Below are positions 62,473 to 64,000 of a stretch of DNA of 64,000 nucleotides, piece after piece (position 1 is the first letter of the stretch; each line of letters starts with the position of its first letter). The stretch is taken from positions 434,001 to 498,000 of the forward strand of contig NC_047083.1 in the NCBI RefSeq assembly GCF_902459465.1, in the 5' to 3' direction. The notes beneath the pieces were generated by a model. That model ran no database searches. It was not told the origin of the DNA and saw only the letters and a list, made by a program, of their open reading frames with translations. Source of the DNA: Asterias rubens. Taxonomy: Eukaryota. The position numbers and the translations under genes are program-made.

Positions 62473-64000
62473 CTAAACAAATCAATCAAAAACAAGAAAA
62501 AGATCATTAGTTATCGAAAAGACTAAACTCATCAAAACTGAAATTCCTCTAACTATAAATGTACTAAACCGACATGCAAGCAAACAGCAGTGCCCGAATT
62601 TCATGATGTCGTTTCACCTAAAGTATCGATATTATTCGTTGATGGTAAATGAATATTATAACTTTGCAACAGAAACAACCAATACCGCAGGTACAAATTG
62701 GTAGTTACATAATCGTCATTCAAAAGAGGGCGCCGTTTATGCGATTTTAACAGAAACAGCTGTAAGTTCCGGTTTTGCAGTAGTTCATCCTACATTGGTT
62801 GCCATAAATGAACATCTAAGTACTTCTCAAACTGTTAGTTTTAAACTTTGCAAACAATTTGATGCAAGTATTAATGTTTAATATTCATTTCTGAATATGC
62901 TTATGAGAAAAAGGTGTGTAAAGTAACACAGTGCAGTTTGAAAACACTGATTGCGTCATAAAAACATTAAATTCGGAAAAAAACCCACCACAGAGCATCA
63001 TGGTCATATATCTTGATGTTTATTTGGTGTCAGTTTAAAAATTTGAAGTGTCTGGTAACAACTAAAGTTAATATCAATCATTGATATCAAGGTACCAGAC
63101 CAAAATGCTCGGCTTGTGTTTTCATGATGCATGCCACGTGCTTACATGCGTCATAATTGCAATAGTTCATTCCGGTTGGAAACTAATTAAGAAACAACTT
63201 ATAATGAATAACTGAATGTTAATGAGAAAAATCGCATGCAAAACATAAAACCATGCTTGATGTGATATGTGGAGTCTTAACTCGAAAATAACAAAATAAA
63301 TCATAAAAAAGATTGGAAGAAGAACCAAAACGGATTATCGAAAGTAAAAACAGAAACAATGGTAAGAAACGTGCACAAATAAACAAAAAGAAATAAATTG
63401 TAACTTCAACAAAAACCGAGTTCACACATGGCTTGGAATTGAGTGTTTATTCTTTGTTTTGACAAAAAGGGAAAAAATTGTGAGTTTGTGACGGAAGAAT
63501 GAAAACAATCTGGTGGGTATCAAACGAAAAAAAAACATGGTTCTCGTACCTTTTCACAATGAAAATTGCGAACCCACTGCCCCATTAGTCCATAATCTGT
63601 ATGCTTTAAACGAGAAACAGAAAGAAACAAAGAGCAGGGGGTGAATATTTATAAAACCTTTTTTTCTGTTTCAGAAATGTATTAAAATGTTACCCACTGT
63701 GTCCTTTTTGTTTACTTTCTTGTGTTTTAGGCGATACCTTATTTGTAGTGCTCTAACGATCTTCTTTTAAATCGGCTTATAATGAAGGTTTCTTTTGAGG
63801 CTGAATCCGTCAGAATTAAAACTATTGTTGGGAGGAGACTCTGTTTTCAGAGCATGCGCAGATGAGACGAATACTAACAACACTTGTTAATTCTGCTTTA
63901 ATACAACTTGTGTTTTTAAAGAAAGAAATTAATAATGTGTTTATTAGACCATTAGACGAACTGTAAAGCAATACAACTCAAATTTTAAAAATAAAAATCA

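Overview
AT-rich, intron-containing animal genomic DNA. Echinoderm origin is an inference from the Alx-type exon, the WSCD expansion and the repeat content; it was not verified. Reading splice sites by hand gives six genes: (1) the 3' part of an unassigned acidic, low-complexity protein gene (92-7137, +) with symmetric phase-1 cassette exons; (2-4) three tandem WSC-domain sulfotransferase genes (WSCD1/2 family; 13072-19817, 22835-27346, 30440-35487, all +) with matching exon phases, the first having two alternative signal-anchor first exons; (5) a six-exon DDI1-type retropepsin gene of NRIP2/NRIP3 type (54616-58288, +) that the ORF track does not reveal as a gene; (6) the terminal OAR-domain exon of an Alx-family homeobox gene (62044-62472, -). 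Non-coding content includes a ~6 kb satellite of 48-bp palindromic units with higher-order structure, many TTAA-flanked Kolobok-like and other MITEs, tRNA-derived SINEs, a LINE 3' fragment, two Penelope-type hammerhead-like motifs and several minisatellites. No rRNA, tRNA or CRISPR array was seen. All assignments come from manual translation and recalled family motifs; no database search was run.
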